Shown one piece after another: positions 29,015 to 39,357 of a stretch of DNA of 58,137 nucleotides. This DNA comes from Candidatus Eiseniibacteriota bacterium (GTDB taxonomy: Bacteria; Eisenbacteria; RBG-16-71-46): contig JANLOX010000124.1 in the NCBI GenBank assembly GCA_031366795.1, positions 1 to 58,137 of the forward strand. Direction: 5' to 3'. A program made the translations under genes and the position numbers. Every line of letters begins with the position of its first letter. Position 1 is the stretch's first letter. The notes under the pieces were generated by a model that made no database searches, was not told where the DNA came from, and worked only from the letters and a program-made list of their open reading frames with translations.

Positions 29015-30007
29015 ATGGTTCGCAAAGCAGGGTTGCTGATGCTGGGATTCGCCGTGATGGCGATGACGGGTTGTTCTTCAAATAGTACCGGTCCGACGAG
29101 CTCGGGATTGACCACGGATCAGGCCAACGTGCAGACCTCTATCGTCGCTGCTCCCGAAATCGCCACGGACGGCTCGTACGATACGAGCGCGCCGAGTGAC
29201 TTCAGCGTGGCCCACGCCGGCGCAGCGCCACTGAGCGGTATCGGTAGCGAGGGCGGGCCTGAAGTCGTGCCGAGCCAACCGAACACGCAGCGCCGCTGGT
29301 GGCGCGTGATCACGGGCCGCACGGCGTCGTTCGACTATGAATTCACGGCCCAGGATTCGAGCGGCCGCCCGACCGCGGCCCACATCACGGTGCACAAGCA
29401 CTTCACCGGCACGCTGCATATCCTGACGCCGGAAGTCCTCCAGAACTCTGCGGGTGGGGACTCGATCGTGCAGCACGAATCGACGAAGCCGCTGGCCGAT
29501 CACTGGGTTCGCCACCTGTGGCTGGCGCGCGTGGCGCCTGCGCTGAACCATGGCCATCCGTGGCGGTTGGTGGGTGCCTCGGGTGTCAACGTGACGTCGG
29601 AGATCGATGGTCCGGGTACGCAGCCGCAAATCCACAGCATTCGCATCCAGTCGGGCGCCGCGGACAGCACGTTCTCCGATCCGGCCGTGGCGATCCACTG
29701 GAACAAGCTGTGGAACGCCACGCCGGGAACGCCGGTGACCATCACGGTCACGACGGGCGCTCCGAACGATATCGTCGTGCTGATGGCTCGCGAGGCCCGT
29801 GCGGCGCTGACGGCGAACGGCGACAACACCTACACCGGCACGTGGTACACGCCGGGTGATGCCGGCCTGAAGCACTTCGGCATCAACGCTCTTTCCGCAG
29901 GCACGCTGAGCGATCCTGCCTCGGCGTACCACTCCAATGCCTGGCTGTTCCCCTATATCAACCGGGGCGAGGCTTACGGAGAGATGGCCACCGACACCCC
30001 TCGCTGA
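29015..30007 (+). CDS. lipoprotein, hypothetical
   Basis: GGAGGAACAGGGAA precedes ATG 29015. Lipobox MTGC in MVRKAGLLMLGFAVMAMTGCSS. Confidence 0.65.
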   Translation: MVRKAGLLMLGFAVMAMTGCSSNSTGPTSSGLTTDQANVQTSIVAAPEIATDGSYDTSAPSDFSVAHAGAAPLSGIGSEGGPEVVPSQPNTQRRWWRVITGRTASFDYEFTAQDSSGRPTAAHITVHKHFTGTLHILTPEVLQNSAGGDSIVQHESTKPLADHWVRHLWLARVAPALNHGHPWRLVGASGVNVTSEIDGPGTQPQIHSIRIQSGAADSTFSDPAVAIHWNKLWNATPGTPVTITVTTGAPNDIVVLMAREARAALTANGDNTYTGTWYTPGDAGLKHFGINALSAGTLSDPASAYHSNAWLFPYINRGEAYGEMATDTPR

Positions 30008-30044
30008 GACGAGACGGATTCACTCGCGTCCCGAACGCGACTAC

Positions 30045-30074
30045 GGGGCGGCCGCTACCTGGCCGCCCCGTTTT
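30045..30074. terminator. hairpin between convergent genes (bidirectional terminator candidate)
   Basis: GGGGCGGCC-(7 nt)-GGCCGCCCC, then GTTTT on the plus strand. Confidence 0.6.
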
Positions 30075-30094
30075 GCTGGTGCGCCCGGCAGCTA

Positions 30095-30610
30095 CTATGC
30101 CGGGATGAACTTCAATGATACCGAATTGATGCAGTAGCGCAGTCCCGTGGGCGCCGGGCCGTCATTGAACACGTGACCCAGGTGGCCGCCGCAGCGGGCG
30201 CACACGACCTCGTCGCGTTCCATCCCCAGGCTCGTGTCGGCGTCCTTGAACACATGCGACGCGATCGCGGGCTGCCAGAACGACGGCCATCCCGTGCCCG
30301 AGTCGAACTTCTGCGCGGAGTTGAACAGCGCATAGTCACACGCCGCGCAGTGATACTCGCCCTTGGCATGTTCATTCCAGTACTTGCCCGTGAACGCGAT
30401 CTCGGTGCCCTTCGCGCGCAGCACACGGTACTGCGCCGGCGTAAGCAACTGCGTCCACTCCGCATCGGTTTTGACGACGCGGTCCGCGGAAGCAGCGGGT
30501 TTGGCGCGATGTGATGCGGGCTTGTGCTGCGGGCTGCGCGCAAACGCCACCGAAACGGCGACGACGACCAGCAACCCCGTGGCAAGGGCCAACAGCGGAT
30601 GGAATCTCAT
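30095..30610 (-). CDS. msrB: peptide-methionine (R)-S-oxide reductase with N-terminal signal/anchor
   Basis: SelR core (CAACDYALF...GWPSFW...[12 protein letters not shown]...RYCINS), preceded by the hydrophobic segment [24 protein letters not shown]. Confidence 0.9.
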   Translation of the reverse strand: MRFHPLLALATGLLVVVAVSVAFARSPQHKPASHRAKPAASADRVVKTDAEWTQLLTPAQYRVLRAKGTEIAFTGKYWNEHAKGEYHCAACDYALFNSAQKFDSGTGWPSFWQPAIASHVFKDADTSLGMERDEVVCARCGGHLGHVFNDGPAPTGLRYCINSVSLKFIPA

Positions 30611-30882
30611 GTCTGCGAAGCTCCTGTCCCCCCAGGGACCGTTATGGTGTGCGGACCGCCAGGCACGCGCAGCGCGGCGGCGGCGGGTTCATCCCCACTA
30701 CGCAACCGAACGCCATTGAGATGAGTTTGGTTCCCCAGCGATTGCATGACAGTGCCCTGACCAAGGGGGCTCATCCAAGCGGGCGTGGGGCGCGTAGAGC
30801 CGGTGAAGACGGCAGGATTCCGGATGCTCCGGGGCCGTCTCGAGTGCACCCCCCAACCGCTTACTCAACAGGAGACATTCAG

Positions 30883-31425
30883 ATGAAAACGCTTTACGCG
30901 CTGCTTGTTCTGGCAGTCCTCGCACCGGCGGCCGTCGGCGCCACCGTGATGGTCGGGGGCCAGGACATGTTGCCTGCCCGCGACATCGTCGACAACGCGG
31001 TGAACTCCGCCGATCACACCACGCTCGTCGCGGCAGTCAAGGCTGCGGGGTTGGTGGAGACACTCAAGGGCAAGGGACCGTTCACGGTGTTCGCGCCGAC
31101 CAACGCCGCGTTCAAGCTGCTGCCCGAGGGCACGGTGGAGAAGTTGCTCACCGCCGAAGGCAAGCCTGCGCTGACGAAAGTGCTGACCTACCATGTCGTC
31201 GCGGGCCGCATGACGTCGGACGACCTGAAGAAGGCCATCAAGACGGGTAAAGGCTCGGCGCAATTGACCACCGTCAGCGGCGGCAAGCTGTGGGTGATGA
31301 TGAACGGCCCTGCCAACATCGTCCTCAAGGATGAGCAGGGCAACATCGCCGACATCTCGACCTACGACGTGCTGCAGTCGAACGGCGTGATCCACGTCAT
31401 TGATCGCGTCGTGATGCCGAAGTAA
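30883..31425 (+). CDS. fasciclin (FAS1) domain protein, secreted
   Basis: GGAGA lies 7 nt upstream. Signal peptide plus [10 protein letters not shown] and the C-terminal [13 protein letters not shown] hallmark. Confidence 0.85.
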   Translation: MKTLYALLVLAVLAPAAVGATVMVGGQDMLPARDIVDNAVNSADHTTLVAAVKAAGLVETLKGKGPFTVFAPTNAAFKLLPEGTVEKLLTAEGKPALTKVLTYHVVAGRMTSDDLKKAIKTGKGSAQLTTVSGGKLWVMMNGPANIVLKDEQGNIADISTYDVLQSNGVIHVIDRVVMPK

Positions 31426-31584
31426 TCGCGACGTTGCAACGCACACGGGCCGGGACCCCCTAAGGGGTTCCGGCTCGAAGTGTTTTGGGCGCGACCCGAA
31501 TGTTAGGCTGGCCGGCTCGAAGCACTGGGCCGGTCTATTCCCGCCTGCCGCACATCGCGACACCCCGATGAGGATTTCCCGCCG

Positions 31585-32841
31585 ATGCCTTCGCCGCCCG
31601 CGCAGGAACGCCGCGCGCTGACCATCGTCCTGAGCGTGCTGATCATCGACATGATCGGCTTCGGCATCGTCCTTCCGGTGATGCCCGACCTGATCGTCGG
31701 GCTCACACATACCACGCTGGGCGATGCCGCGCGCAAGGCTGGCTGGTTGATGGGCGCGTTCGCCATCATGCAGTTCATGTTCGGGCCGGTACTCGGGGGA
31801 CTGGGGGACAGGTTCGGCCGGCGCCCCGTCATCCTCATGAGCATGGTCGCATTCAGCCTCGACTATTTCATGATGGGGCTGGCACCGACATACGGCTGGC
31901 TGTTCGTGACGCGCGCCATCGCAGGGATAGCGGGCGCCACCTTCGTGCCGGCGACGGCCTACATCGCCGACATCACCCCGCCCGAGCGCCGCGCCCAGAA
32001 CTTCGGCCTGATCGGGGCGGCATTCGGCCTGGGCTTCACGATTGGCCCCGCGATCGGTGGCTTGCTCGGGAGCTTTGGAACGCGCGCGCCATTCTTCGTG
32101 GCGGGCGGACTCGCCTTGATCAACGCCACGGCGGGTTTTTTCCTGTTGCCCGAGTCGCTGTCCCCCGAACGCCGCCGGCCGTTCAGCCTTGCGCGCGCGA
32201 ACCCGCTGGGCACGTTCCGGTCGCTGACGCGCCACAAGCACGCGCGCCCGCTGTTCGTGGCGTGGTTCCTGTGGATCCTCGCGCACCAGGCCTACCCCTC
32301 GACCTGGGCGTTTTTCACCAAGCTGAAGTTCGGCTGGAGCGACCACGCCGTGGGCGCCTCGCTGGCGTACGCAGGATTGACCATGGCGCTCGCACAGGCG
32401 TTCGTGACGCGCCGGCTGATCCCCAGGATCGGCGAGCGCCGCGCCATTCTGTTGGGCCTCACGATCGGCATGGCAGGATTCCTCGCCAACGCGCTCGTCC
32501 CCTATGGCTGGATGCTGTACGCCGTCTCCAGCCTCGCAGCGCTCCAAGGGCTGGTGTTCCCCTCGATGAACTCGACGCTGTCCAAGTTGGTGGCGCCAAA
32601 CGAGCAGGGAGAGCTGCAGGGCGGTGTCGCCAGCATGCAGAGCGTGGCCGCGATCATCGGGCCGCTGCTGATGACGAACGTGCTGGCGCGCTTCACGCAG
32701 GCCGGCGGGCCCGTCTGGTTCCCGGGCGCCGCTTACGTGCTATCGGCGATGCTGGCCCTGGCCTCGCTCATTGTGGTGATCACGCTGGCGCGCGGGGTGT
32801 TTGCCGGGGTGAAGCAGCCCGAGCCTACGGCCCCGCGTTGA
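31585..32841 (+). CDS. MFS transporter, TetA/DHA1-like
   Basis: 12-TM-like profile with the loop 2-3 motif GGLGDRFGRRPVIL. Confidence 0.85.
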   Translation: MPSPPAQERRALTIVLSVLIIDMIGFGIVLPVMPDLIVGLTHTTLGDAARKAGWLMGAFAIMQFMFGPVLGGLGDRFGRRPVILMSMVAFSLDYFMMGLAPTYGWLFVTRAIAGIAGATFVPATAYIADITPPERRAQNFGLIGAAFGLGFTIGPAIGGLLGSFGTRAPFFVAGGLALINATAGFFLLPESLSPERRRPFSLARANPLGTFRSLTRHKHARPLFVAWFLWILAHQAYPSTWAFFTKLKFGWSDHAVGASLAYAGLTMALAQAFVTRRLIPRIGERRAILLGLTIGMAGFLANALVPYGWMLYAVSSLAALQGLVFPSMNSTLSKLVAPNEQGELQGGVASMQSVAAIIGPLLMTNVLARFTQAGGPVWFPGAAYVLSAMLALASLIVVITLARGVFAGVKQPEPTAPR

Positions 32842-34717
32842 GGTCCTGGATCTGCCCCGGCGGAATGGTGTCCGTCCCCGCCGTGGTGGTCGTGGGCGCA
32901 TTGCTCGCGATCGACTTGTTGCCGACATCGTCGATGGCCTTGATCGCGAAGAAGTAGATCGTCCCCGGGCTCAGGCCCGCCACCACGAATTGTTCCGCGC
33001 TGCCGGCGGTCATGGGCGTCATCGCGTTCGCGACGAGGCCGGCGCTGGCGAAGTTCGCATCGGTGATCGGCTGCGACGAGACGCGCACTTCATACAGCGC
33101 CGCTTGGCCGCTGCTGCCATCGTCGCCCGTTGCGGTCCAGGCCAGCACCGCGCTGTTGTCGGTCGTCTGCGCCACCGTGACGTTGTTGATCGCCGCGGGA
33201 GCCACCGAGTCGACGCCCGAGGTGCCGAATGCGAGGGCGCCGATATCCTTGCCATCCGAGGCCGCGCCGATTGCGGGGGACCCTGCCTTCAAGTGTGGGT
33301 CGAACCCGAACACGCCCGTGCCGCCGACGAACAGCGGATCACCGAACTTGCTGTGGCATTCCTCGAAGTTGTTGATACAGGCCTTGCCGATGGGGCCTGG
33401 AGTCGTCAGCGTGTTCGACCACATCATCGAGGACGCAGCGCCCTTGTTGCTGAACAGCAGGTTGTTGTCGCCTGAGTAGTAGGCGCCGCTGATCGCCGCG
33501 GCCGAAATGGCGAACGCGTAGCTGTTGCCGGTGGGGGAGTAGAAGATGTTGTCCTTCACCTCGCCCGCGCCGCTCCACTCGAAGGCGCCGCCTGCGTAGG
33601 TGTCGCCCGCGCGCCCGTTGGTGCCGAGATAGACGAAGGTGTTGTGACGGATCACGCAGTTGTCGGAGAAGCCGGACATTTCGATCGGCGTGCCGGCGAT
33701 GCTCAGGACAACGCAATTCTGGATCGTGTCGGCCTGGGCGCCGTTCTGCCAGTAGAACGCGCCGGTGCTGACCGGCTTTTCCTGGATGAACAGGCAGCCG
33801 TCGTAGCGGTTGCCGACGACCGTGCCGGGGAACGAACCCGAGGCGGATACCAGTAGTTCGTTCATGGAGCCTGCGCCGACGCGGAAGATCAAGGTGTCGC
33901 GCAGGAACACCGTCTGCTGAGTGTAATCGCGGAAGTATCCGAGCCCACACTCGTCGCAGGCCGTGGTGCGCGTGTTCGTGAAGTCGAAGTAGCAGTCGAT
34001 GAACTGCCCGGTGCGGCAGCCGTACAACTTGAACGTGCCGTGATCGCCGTTGGGACCGATGGTCGCGATGAAGCGGCAGCGGCGGAAGACCAGCCCGTCC
34101 GTGGCGTTGATGCGGATCGCCGGGCCATAGCCGTCCATGTACATGTTGAACGAGCAATTGTAGAGCGTATCGCGCTTCACCAGCGACGCGCTCGGGCCGT
34201 TCGTGCCGCCTTCCACCCACACCTTGCTGCCGCTGAATGTCGAGTTCGCGAGCACGCAGTCGTCGCCACCGAGCACGATCGATACGGATGCATTGGGCGC
34301 CTTGCACCACGACACCGAATCGCGCGCGCCGCCAAATACCAGCGTGCTGCTGTTGATCTGGACGCCCTTCACGCTGATGTACTGCTTCGCCGAGGAGCCG
34401 GTGCCGAAGGTGATGCCCGCTACGATCGTGCTGGCCGGGTTCGAGAGGCTGCCGACGTAGCTGATGAATTTGGTGTAGGAGGCGCCACTGGCGGCGGGCG
34501 CGATGGTGGCCGAGCCGTAGTCGCCCGGGAGCAGTACGGCGACGTCGCCAGCCGCGAGCGAAGAGTTTGCCTTGCTCAGTGTCCAGGGTGCCCCGGCGGT
34601 ACCCGCGTTGGCGGAACTGCCCGTGGGCGAGACGAAGTAGGTGGCGGCCCCGGCCGTGCTCGCGCACAGGACTGCGGCCGTGGCGAGCAGTGCAACGATG
34701 GAGTGGCGGACGTTCAA
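32825..34717 (-). CDS. secreted parallel beta-helix protein with C-terminal fibronectin-III-like domain
   Basis: Signal peptide, repeated beta-helix rungs (NCSF, RCRF, DCYF, IQNCVV, IRHNTF) and an FN3-like tail (AVLAWTATGDDG...YEVRVS...YFFAIKAID). Confidence 0.7.
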   Translation of the reverse strand: MNVRHSIVALLATAAVLCASTAGAATYFVSPTGSSANAGTAGAPWTLSKANSSLAAGDVAVLLPGDYGSATIAPAASGASYTKFISYVGSLSNPASTIVAGITFGTGSSAKQYISVKGVQINSSTLVFGGARDSVSWCKAPNASVSIVLGGDDCVLANSTFSGSKVWVEGGTNGPSASLVKRDTLYNCSFNMYMDGYGPAIRINATDGLVFRRCRFIATIGPNGDHGTFKLYGCRTGQFIDCYFDFTNTRTTACDECGLGYFRDYTQQTVFLRDTLIFRVGAGSMNELLVSASGSFPGTVVGNRYDGCLFIQEKPVSTGAFYWQNGAQADTIQNCVVLSIAGTPIEMSGFSDNCVIRHNTFVYLGTNGRAGDTYAGGAFEWSGAGEVKDNIFYSPTGNSYAFAISAAAISGAYYSGDNNLLFSNKGAASSMMWSNTLTTPGPIGKACINNFEECHSKFGDPLFVGGTGVFGFDPHLKAGSPAIGAASDGKDIGALAFGTSGVDSVAPAAINNVTVAQTTDNSAVLAWTATGDDGSSGQAALYEVRVSSQPITDANFASAGLVANAMTPMTAGSAEQFVVAGLSPGTIYFFAIKAIDDVGNKSIASNAPTTTTAGTDTIPPGQIQDLNAGP

Positions 34718-35379
34718 TGGGTCTCCGCTGTTCAGGTATCGAGCCTGATATTGATGCTTTCAGTCGCGCCGAACATTCTGGAACGCTGCACTAGGGTGGG
34801 CGGTGTCGCAGCCCATCGGCGAAGCTTACGACGCCAGGGATCGCGGAAGGGTTTGGCCTAAAGCCCGCCCCGGCTTCGCAAAACCTGTGCCCACAACGGC
34901 ATCAAGCTCTTTGTGCGAAAGCGGTTGCGGGACTACTGATTACAGCGAAGGGCCAACCATGCGGGCCGGGCCAAGGCGGGCAAATTGACCGCCCCCTAGA
35001 CGCAGACCGCATTAGATCCGTCCCAACGGCAGACGATCCGATCCTGAAACATACGGTCCCGTATACCCCGTGTCCAGAAGATGGAGCCCGTTTTATTGGA
35101 CTATTTCCATGACATGGGCTGGACGTGTGGGGTGAGCCGGGAGCGCTCCCGGGATGCGGTTGGTGTGGCTGCGACGCCGGGGTGGCCGCTACCGTCCCGG
35201 TCTAGCGAACAGGGAATCCCACGCGCTCAACGCCGGCTTGGCGTGCAGGTCCACATCGACCAGCCCGAGGTGAGCAAATGGCGCGATGCCAATCGGCCAC
35301 ACGGCCAGGTCGAGATCGGTGAAGGTGAGCTGAAACCAACCCACCGCGTTCGTTGCGTCCAACAACTGGGCCTGGCGGA

Positions 35380-36102
35380 TCATGTACTGCCGTTGCATAA
35401 CCGGTATCGGGCGATGCCGACGAATCCGCCGCCGCTCGTCAGCGCGCCCCACGCCACTTCCATCTGGATACTCACGAGCAGTGGAACACGAGCGTCGTGT
35501 AGGCGGATATCCGCCGCAGCGGCGTTGCTCATGTGCACGACCGCGCCATAGCTGGGAGAGAGGGCCAACGTGCGGATTAAGTTGGTCTCGAGCGCGAGTC
35601 CCAGGTAATCGGGATGCAGCAGCGTATCCATCGCCACCGCATAGTCGCGATAGAGCTGCTGGATCGCGGGCTCCGTGATGCTGCGGCCCGCGCTGACTAG
35701 CGGGTTTGATTCGCCCGCGCGATTGAGCCCGTTCGCGGGATCGATCATCACGACCAGCCGTAGTTGCTTGGCGCGATAGTACTGAGCCAGCGGCAACTGG
35801 TTGCGCAATACGAACGAGTCGGCAGGCACGCCCGCAAGCAGCGAATCCCACGGCACCTCATCGCTCATGATCGCGCCGTCGCTGCGCTGGGTCCATAGAT
35901 TGATGTTCGCCAGCAACTGGTCGAAGTCGGGCCGCGGCGGAATGCCCGAGAAGCCCATTATGAACGTGCGCGGCGGGAGCCCGGACTTTGGTGCCGTCGA
36001 ATGCTTCGAACATCCAGCGAGCGCGACGGCGGTAATCATCGCGAGGGCGCCGAGTGTGGCGATCCAGGCGCGTCGCGGCGAGCAGTGTGTTCGATCGAGC
36101 AT
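35380..36102 (-). CDS. lipoprotein, hypothetical; the reading frame appears interrupted near its 3' end
   Basis: Lipobox LAGC in MLDRTHCSPRRAWIATLGALAMITAVALAGCS. Coding-looking sequence continues in another frame down to 35189 (see finding). Confidence 0.55.
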   Translation of the reverse strand: MLDRTHCSPRRAWIATLGALAMITAVALAGCSKHSTAPKSGLPPRTFIMGFSGIPPRPDFDQLLANINLWTQRSDGAIMSDEVPWDSLLAGVPADSFVLRNQLPLAQYYRAKQLRLVVMIDPANGLNRAGESNPLVSAGRSITEPAIQQLYRDYAVAMDTLLHPDYLGLALETNLIRTLALSPSYGAVVHMSNAAAADIRLHDARVPLLVSIQMEVAWGALTSGGGFVGIARYRLCNGST

Positions 36103-36259
36103 CTGCGGAGTTTCCTTCAGCATGACGAGCCGCGTCCAGCGCGATGGCATGTGGTGATTGCATGTGGCGGACACCGAGGTTCGAGGTTAGCCTCAACAGA
36201 CCCTCGTGCAGCATCCATGCTCCACGATCACACGCGCGAACCCGCGCACAGGAGCTGAT

Positions 36260-37768
36260 ATGATCCGTGGTAGCCGCGCCGCGATCGTTCTCGCCGTTAT
36301 CCTCGCTGCATCCAGGCCCGCCGCGCCCGTTGCCGCCGACGAGTTCTCGGACTTCCGGATCCCGGACCATCGGCTGTTCTCTTGGACGGGATCGTTGTCG
36401 TCAGGCCTCCAGGATCTACGGGGTTCCGACCCGGGCAATCCGTATTCGAACAGCGACAACAATGCCACGGGTTCGAGCGACCTGCTGTGGTTCCATGATT
36501 CGGATGCGTCGCAAACGCAGCTGGCCGTGCAAGCGCGCTCGGCAGGCTTCGCCCGGCGTTCGCGGAGCGAGCCCACGACGTTGTACAGCGGCGGCTCCGT
36601 TCGGGTATTCGACCAGCAACGCAATTCAGCGGCGGAGGAAGGCTGGAGCCTGTCGCTCGGGCGACGTGACTATCCTTGGCGTGTTCCAGTCGGCTATCAG
36701 TTGAGCCTTGCAGGTGGGGGTAGTTACAGCCAGTCGTGGTTGCATCACGCGCACGAGCAGTATTTTACGGACACGAACGGAGTGAACCACGAGCACCAGC
36801 TGCAGCAATCGGTCGACTGGACCTATGGCTATCGCGCCAACGCATCGCTCCGCATAGGCTATGGCAGGGTCCGTGATGCGACCGGCGTATTCGAGGTGCG
36901 CGTGTTCGAGGAACGGCTCCGGCGAGCGCGAGTCCTGTCTCGAGAGCTGTCGCCCCGGGCCCGGCAACAGCTTGTGGACATTGCCTACACCGTGGGCGAC
37001 ATGAGGCAAGTGCGCGATCGTCCAGCGAAATCCCTGTGGCAGGCAGTTGAGGCTGTGCTTCGCGAAGACGGTGCCCTTGCGGACAGCGTGATCGGCGTCG
37101 TGGGCGCCGAACGGGCGAGGGAGCCATTCATCGGCGCCGCTCGCGGAGCGGCAGGGTTTCCCTTCGCCGCCTCACCGGTGGCCCGCATGGCGGGGTCGTT
37201 CGTCGGGTTTCTGGCAAGGGGCGAGCATCGAAGCGATATCGATCGTAGAAACGGACATTTCGAGAGTGCGTTTTCGCACAATGATTCGACGCTGTTCGAG
37301 CGGGCGTCTAGCTCCTTTGCACGCAATCAAGGCGCGGCTGACGATGTCCTTGCGGGATCACGAATCGAATATTACCGCCCCCTAGGGCTTCGCTGGCAAT
37401 TCGATGCCACAAACGAGATCGCCTTCCCGCTGCGAAGGCACCGTGATGGATTCTCGACCCAATCTGAAGTGCGTCTGGTCGCCGTCGTGGCCGACCGCTG
37501 GGTCGGGGAGGGTTATGGGAATCATCAACGCGTGATCCTCCGGCATGGAGGGCCCGGCGCCCCAGTGGATTTGGACTACTGGAGTGTCGGGTACGGCGCC
37601 TCGCTTACCCGGTATGTCGAAGACCGGCTGGAATTTCAGGTGGACCTCTCCGAGAAGCAAGAGCGCAGGCACGCCCAGAGTTCCTTCCAAAGCTCCTTCT
37701 TGGCACGCTGCCGTCTCACCTACCGTCTCGCCGGTCGCCATTCAGGTCCGCAATACCTGACGCAATGA
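36260..37768 (+). CDS. putative outer-membrane beta-barrel protein (hypothetical)
   Basis: AGGAG lies upstream of ATG 36260. Signal peptide MIRGSRAAIVLAVILAASRPAAPVAA. Alternating Tyr/Gly/Ser-rich strand-like pattern. Divergent from the lipoprotein gene. Confidence 0.5.
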   Translation: MIRGSRAAIVLAVILAASRPAAPVAADEFSDFRIPDHRLFSWTGSLSSGLQDLRGSDPGNPYSNSDNNATGSSDLLWFHDSDASQTQLAVQARSAGFARRSRSEPTTLYSGGSVRVFDQQRNSAAEEGWSLSLGRRDYPWRVPVGYQLSLAGGGSYSQSWLHHAHEQYFTDTNGVNHEHQLQQSVDWTYGYRANASLRIGYGRVRDATGVFEVRVFEERLRRARVLSRELSPRARQQLVDIAYTVGDMRQVRDRPAKSLWQAVEAVLREDGALADSVIGVVGAERAREPFIGAARGAAGFPFAASPVARMAGSFVGFLARGEHRSDIDRRNGHFESAFSHNDSTLFERASSSFARNQGAADDVLAGSRIEYYRPLGLRWQFDATNEIAFPLRRHRDGFSTQSEVRLVAVVADRWVGEGYGNHQRVILRHGGPGAPVDLDYWSVGYGASLTRYVEDRLEFQVDLSEKQERRHAQSSFQSSFLARCRLTYRLAGRHSGPQYLTQ

Positions 37769-37908
37769 CCGGGGTGACGTAAGCCGGCACCGCGCCTCGC
37801 GGGCACGTACTGGCGTTCGCTCGGTTCCCGTCTCTCGCTCACGTATCGATTCGCGGGGGCGGCACTCGAGGGCGCCGCTCGCGATGCGTTGAGCGGCGTC
37901 GCCCGCCG

Positions 37909-39357
37909 CTACACCGCCCTCGGCAGCTCCGGCGCGATCGCCTTGAGTTCGTTCGAGTGCATGTTCGACAACAGTCCGAGCGTTTGCAGCTTGTTGAAGC
38001 CCTCGAGCGCGGCGACCTTGTAGCACTCGGCGAGCGTGGGGTAGTTGAACACCGTGCGCACGAAAAACTCGAGCGTGCCGTCGAGCGCCATGACGGCCTG
38101 CCCGATGTGCACGAGCTCGGTGGCCTGGGTACCCATCGCCCACACGCCGAGGATCTTGTGCGTGTCGATGTGGAAGATGAGCTTCAGCATGCCGTGTTCG
38201 TCGCCCAGAATGTGGCCGCGCGCGATCTCGCGGTAGCGCGCCACACCCGTCTCGAACGGGACTCCGGCTGCGGTCAGGTCGCGTTCGTTGCGGCCCACCC
38301 ACGAGATCTCGGGGATGGCGTAGATCCCAAACGGGAACAGTTCGGGAATCGACGTGCCCGGCATGTCGAAGGCGTGAAGTGCTGCGAGGCGGCCCTGCTC
38401 GGCGCTCGTGGAGGCGAGTGCCGGGAAGCCGATGCAATCGCCGGCGGCGTAAATGTGCGGCACGGGCGTCTGGTAGTGCTCATTGACCTTCAGGCGGCCG
38501 CGATCGTCGGCGGTCAGGCCGGCGCACTCGAGCCCGAGATCCGTCGTGGCGCCGATGCGTCCTGCCGACACCATCACCAGTTCGGTCGCGATGCGCTTCC
38601 CGCTCTTCATGGTGACGATGGCCTGCTGGCCCACGGCTTCGACCATGGCGACTTCCTCGCCCAGCCGCAGCGTGACGCCCAGCTCGCGCGCGTACACCTG
38701 GAACGAATCGACGATCTCGCTGTCGACCATCTCGAGCAGGCGGTCACGTTTGTCGAGCAGAGTCACCTTCACGCCGACGGCCGCGAAGATGGTGGCGTAC
38801 TCGACGCCGATGACGCCGCCGCCCACGATCACCATCTGTCGCGGCAGCCGTTTGAGCGACAGCACGTCGTCGCTGGTCAGGATCAATTCGTGGTCGACGA
38901 CCAGGTCCATCGGCAGGCCCGGCGTGGTGCCGACGGCGATCAGGATGTGCTCGCCGCGCATCAGCGTGGTCTCGTCGCCACTGACGACGCAGATGTCGTG
39001 CGGGCCGGTGAACCGCGCGGTGCCGGCGATGAGTTGAATGTTGTTGCGTTGCAGCTGGTCGCGAATCACGTCGCGTTCGCGCTGCATTACCTGGCTGGTG
39101 CGCGCCAGCAGGTCTTCCACTGTCACGGCGTGGTGTTCGTCGTGCTCGCGGTACTGCCCGCGATTACGCAAGCCCGACAGGTCGAGAGCGGCCTCGCGCA
39201 TGGTCTTGCTCGGAATGGTGCCGGTGTTGATCGCCACACCGCCGAGATCGCGATGCTTGTCGATCACCACGACACTCTTGCCGAGTTTTGCGGCCTGCAC
39301 GGCGGCGCGCTGGCCGGCAGGTCCACTGCCGATCACGATCAGGTCGTAACTACGCAC
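37909..39357 (-). CDS. sthA: soluble pyridine nucleotide transhydrogenase-like flavoprotein (pyridine nucleotide-disulfide oxidoreductase family)
   Basis: GTG start follows GGGAGGAATC. FAD motif IGSGPAG. The disulfide site of Lpd (GGTCLNVGCIPSK) reads GGVAINTGTIPSK with no Cys, as expected for SthA-type enzymes. Confidence 0.75.
   Translation of the reverse strand: MRSYDLIVIGSGPAGQRAAVQAAKLGKSVVVIDKHRDLGGVAINTGTIPSKTMREAALDLSGLRNRGQYREHDEHHAVTVEDLLARTSQVMQRERDVIRDQLQRNNIQLIAGTARFTGPHDICVVSGDETTLMRGEHILIAVGTTPGLPMDLVVDHELILTSDDVLSLKRLPRQMVIVGGGVIGVEYATIFAAVGVKVTLLDKRDRLLEMVDSEIVDSFQVYARELGVTLRLGEEVAMVEAVGQQAIVTMKSGKRIATELVMVSAGRIGATTDLGLECAGLTADDRGRLKVNEHYQTPVPHIYAAGDCIGFPALASTSAEQGRLAALHAFDMPGTSIPELFPFGIYAIPEISWVGRNERDLTAAGVPFETGVARYREIARGHILGDEHGMLKLIFHIDTHKILGVWAMGTQATELVHIGQAVMALDGTLEFFVRTVFNYPTLAECYKVAALEGFNKLQTLGLLSNMHSNELKAIAPELPRAV

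Noticed and set aside
30865-32547. 560-aa minus-strand ORF
   Set aside because: It is antisense to the fasciclin and MFS genes, which have clear family motifs. The composition is junk-like (R/G/A/H/E runs).
35137-35152. Perfect 16-bp palindrome CCGGGAGCGCTCCCGG downstream of the lipoprotein locus
   Set aside because: As a hairpin it has essentially no loop and no T-tract. As an operator it is unsupported by any nearby start site. I left it as unexplained low-weight structure.
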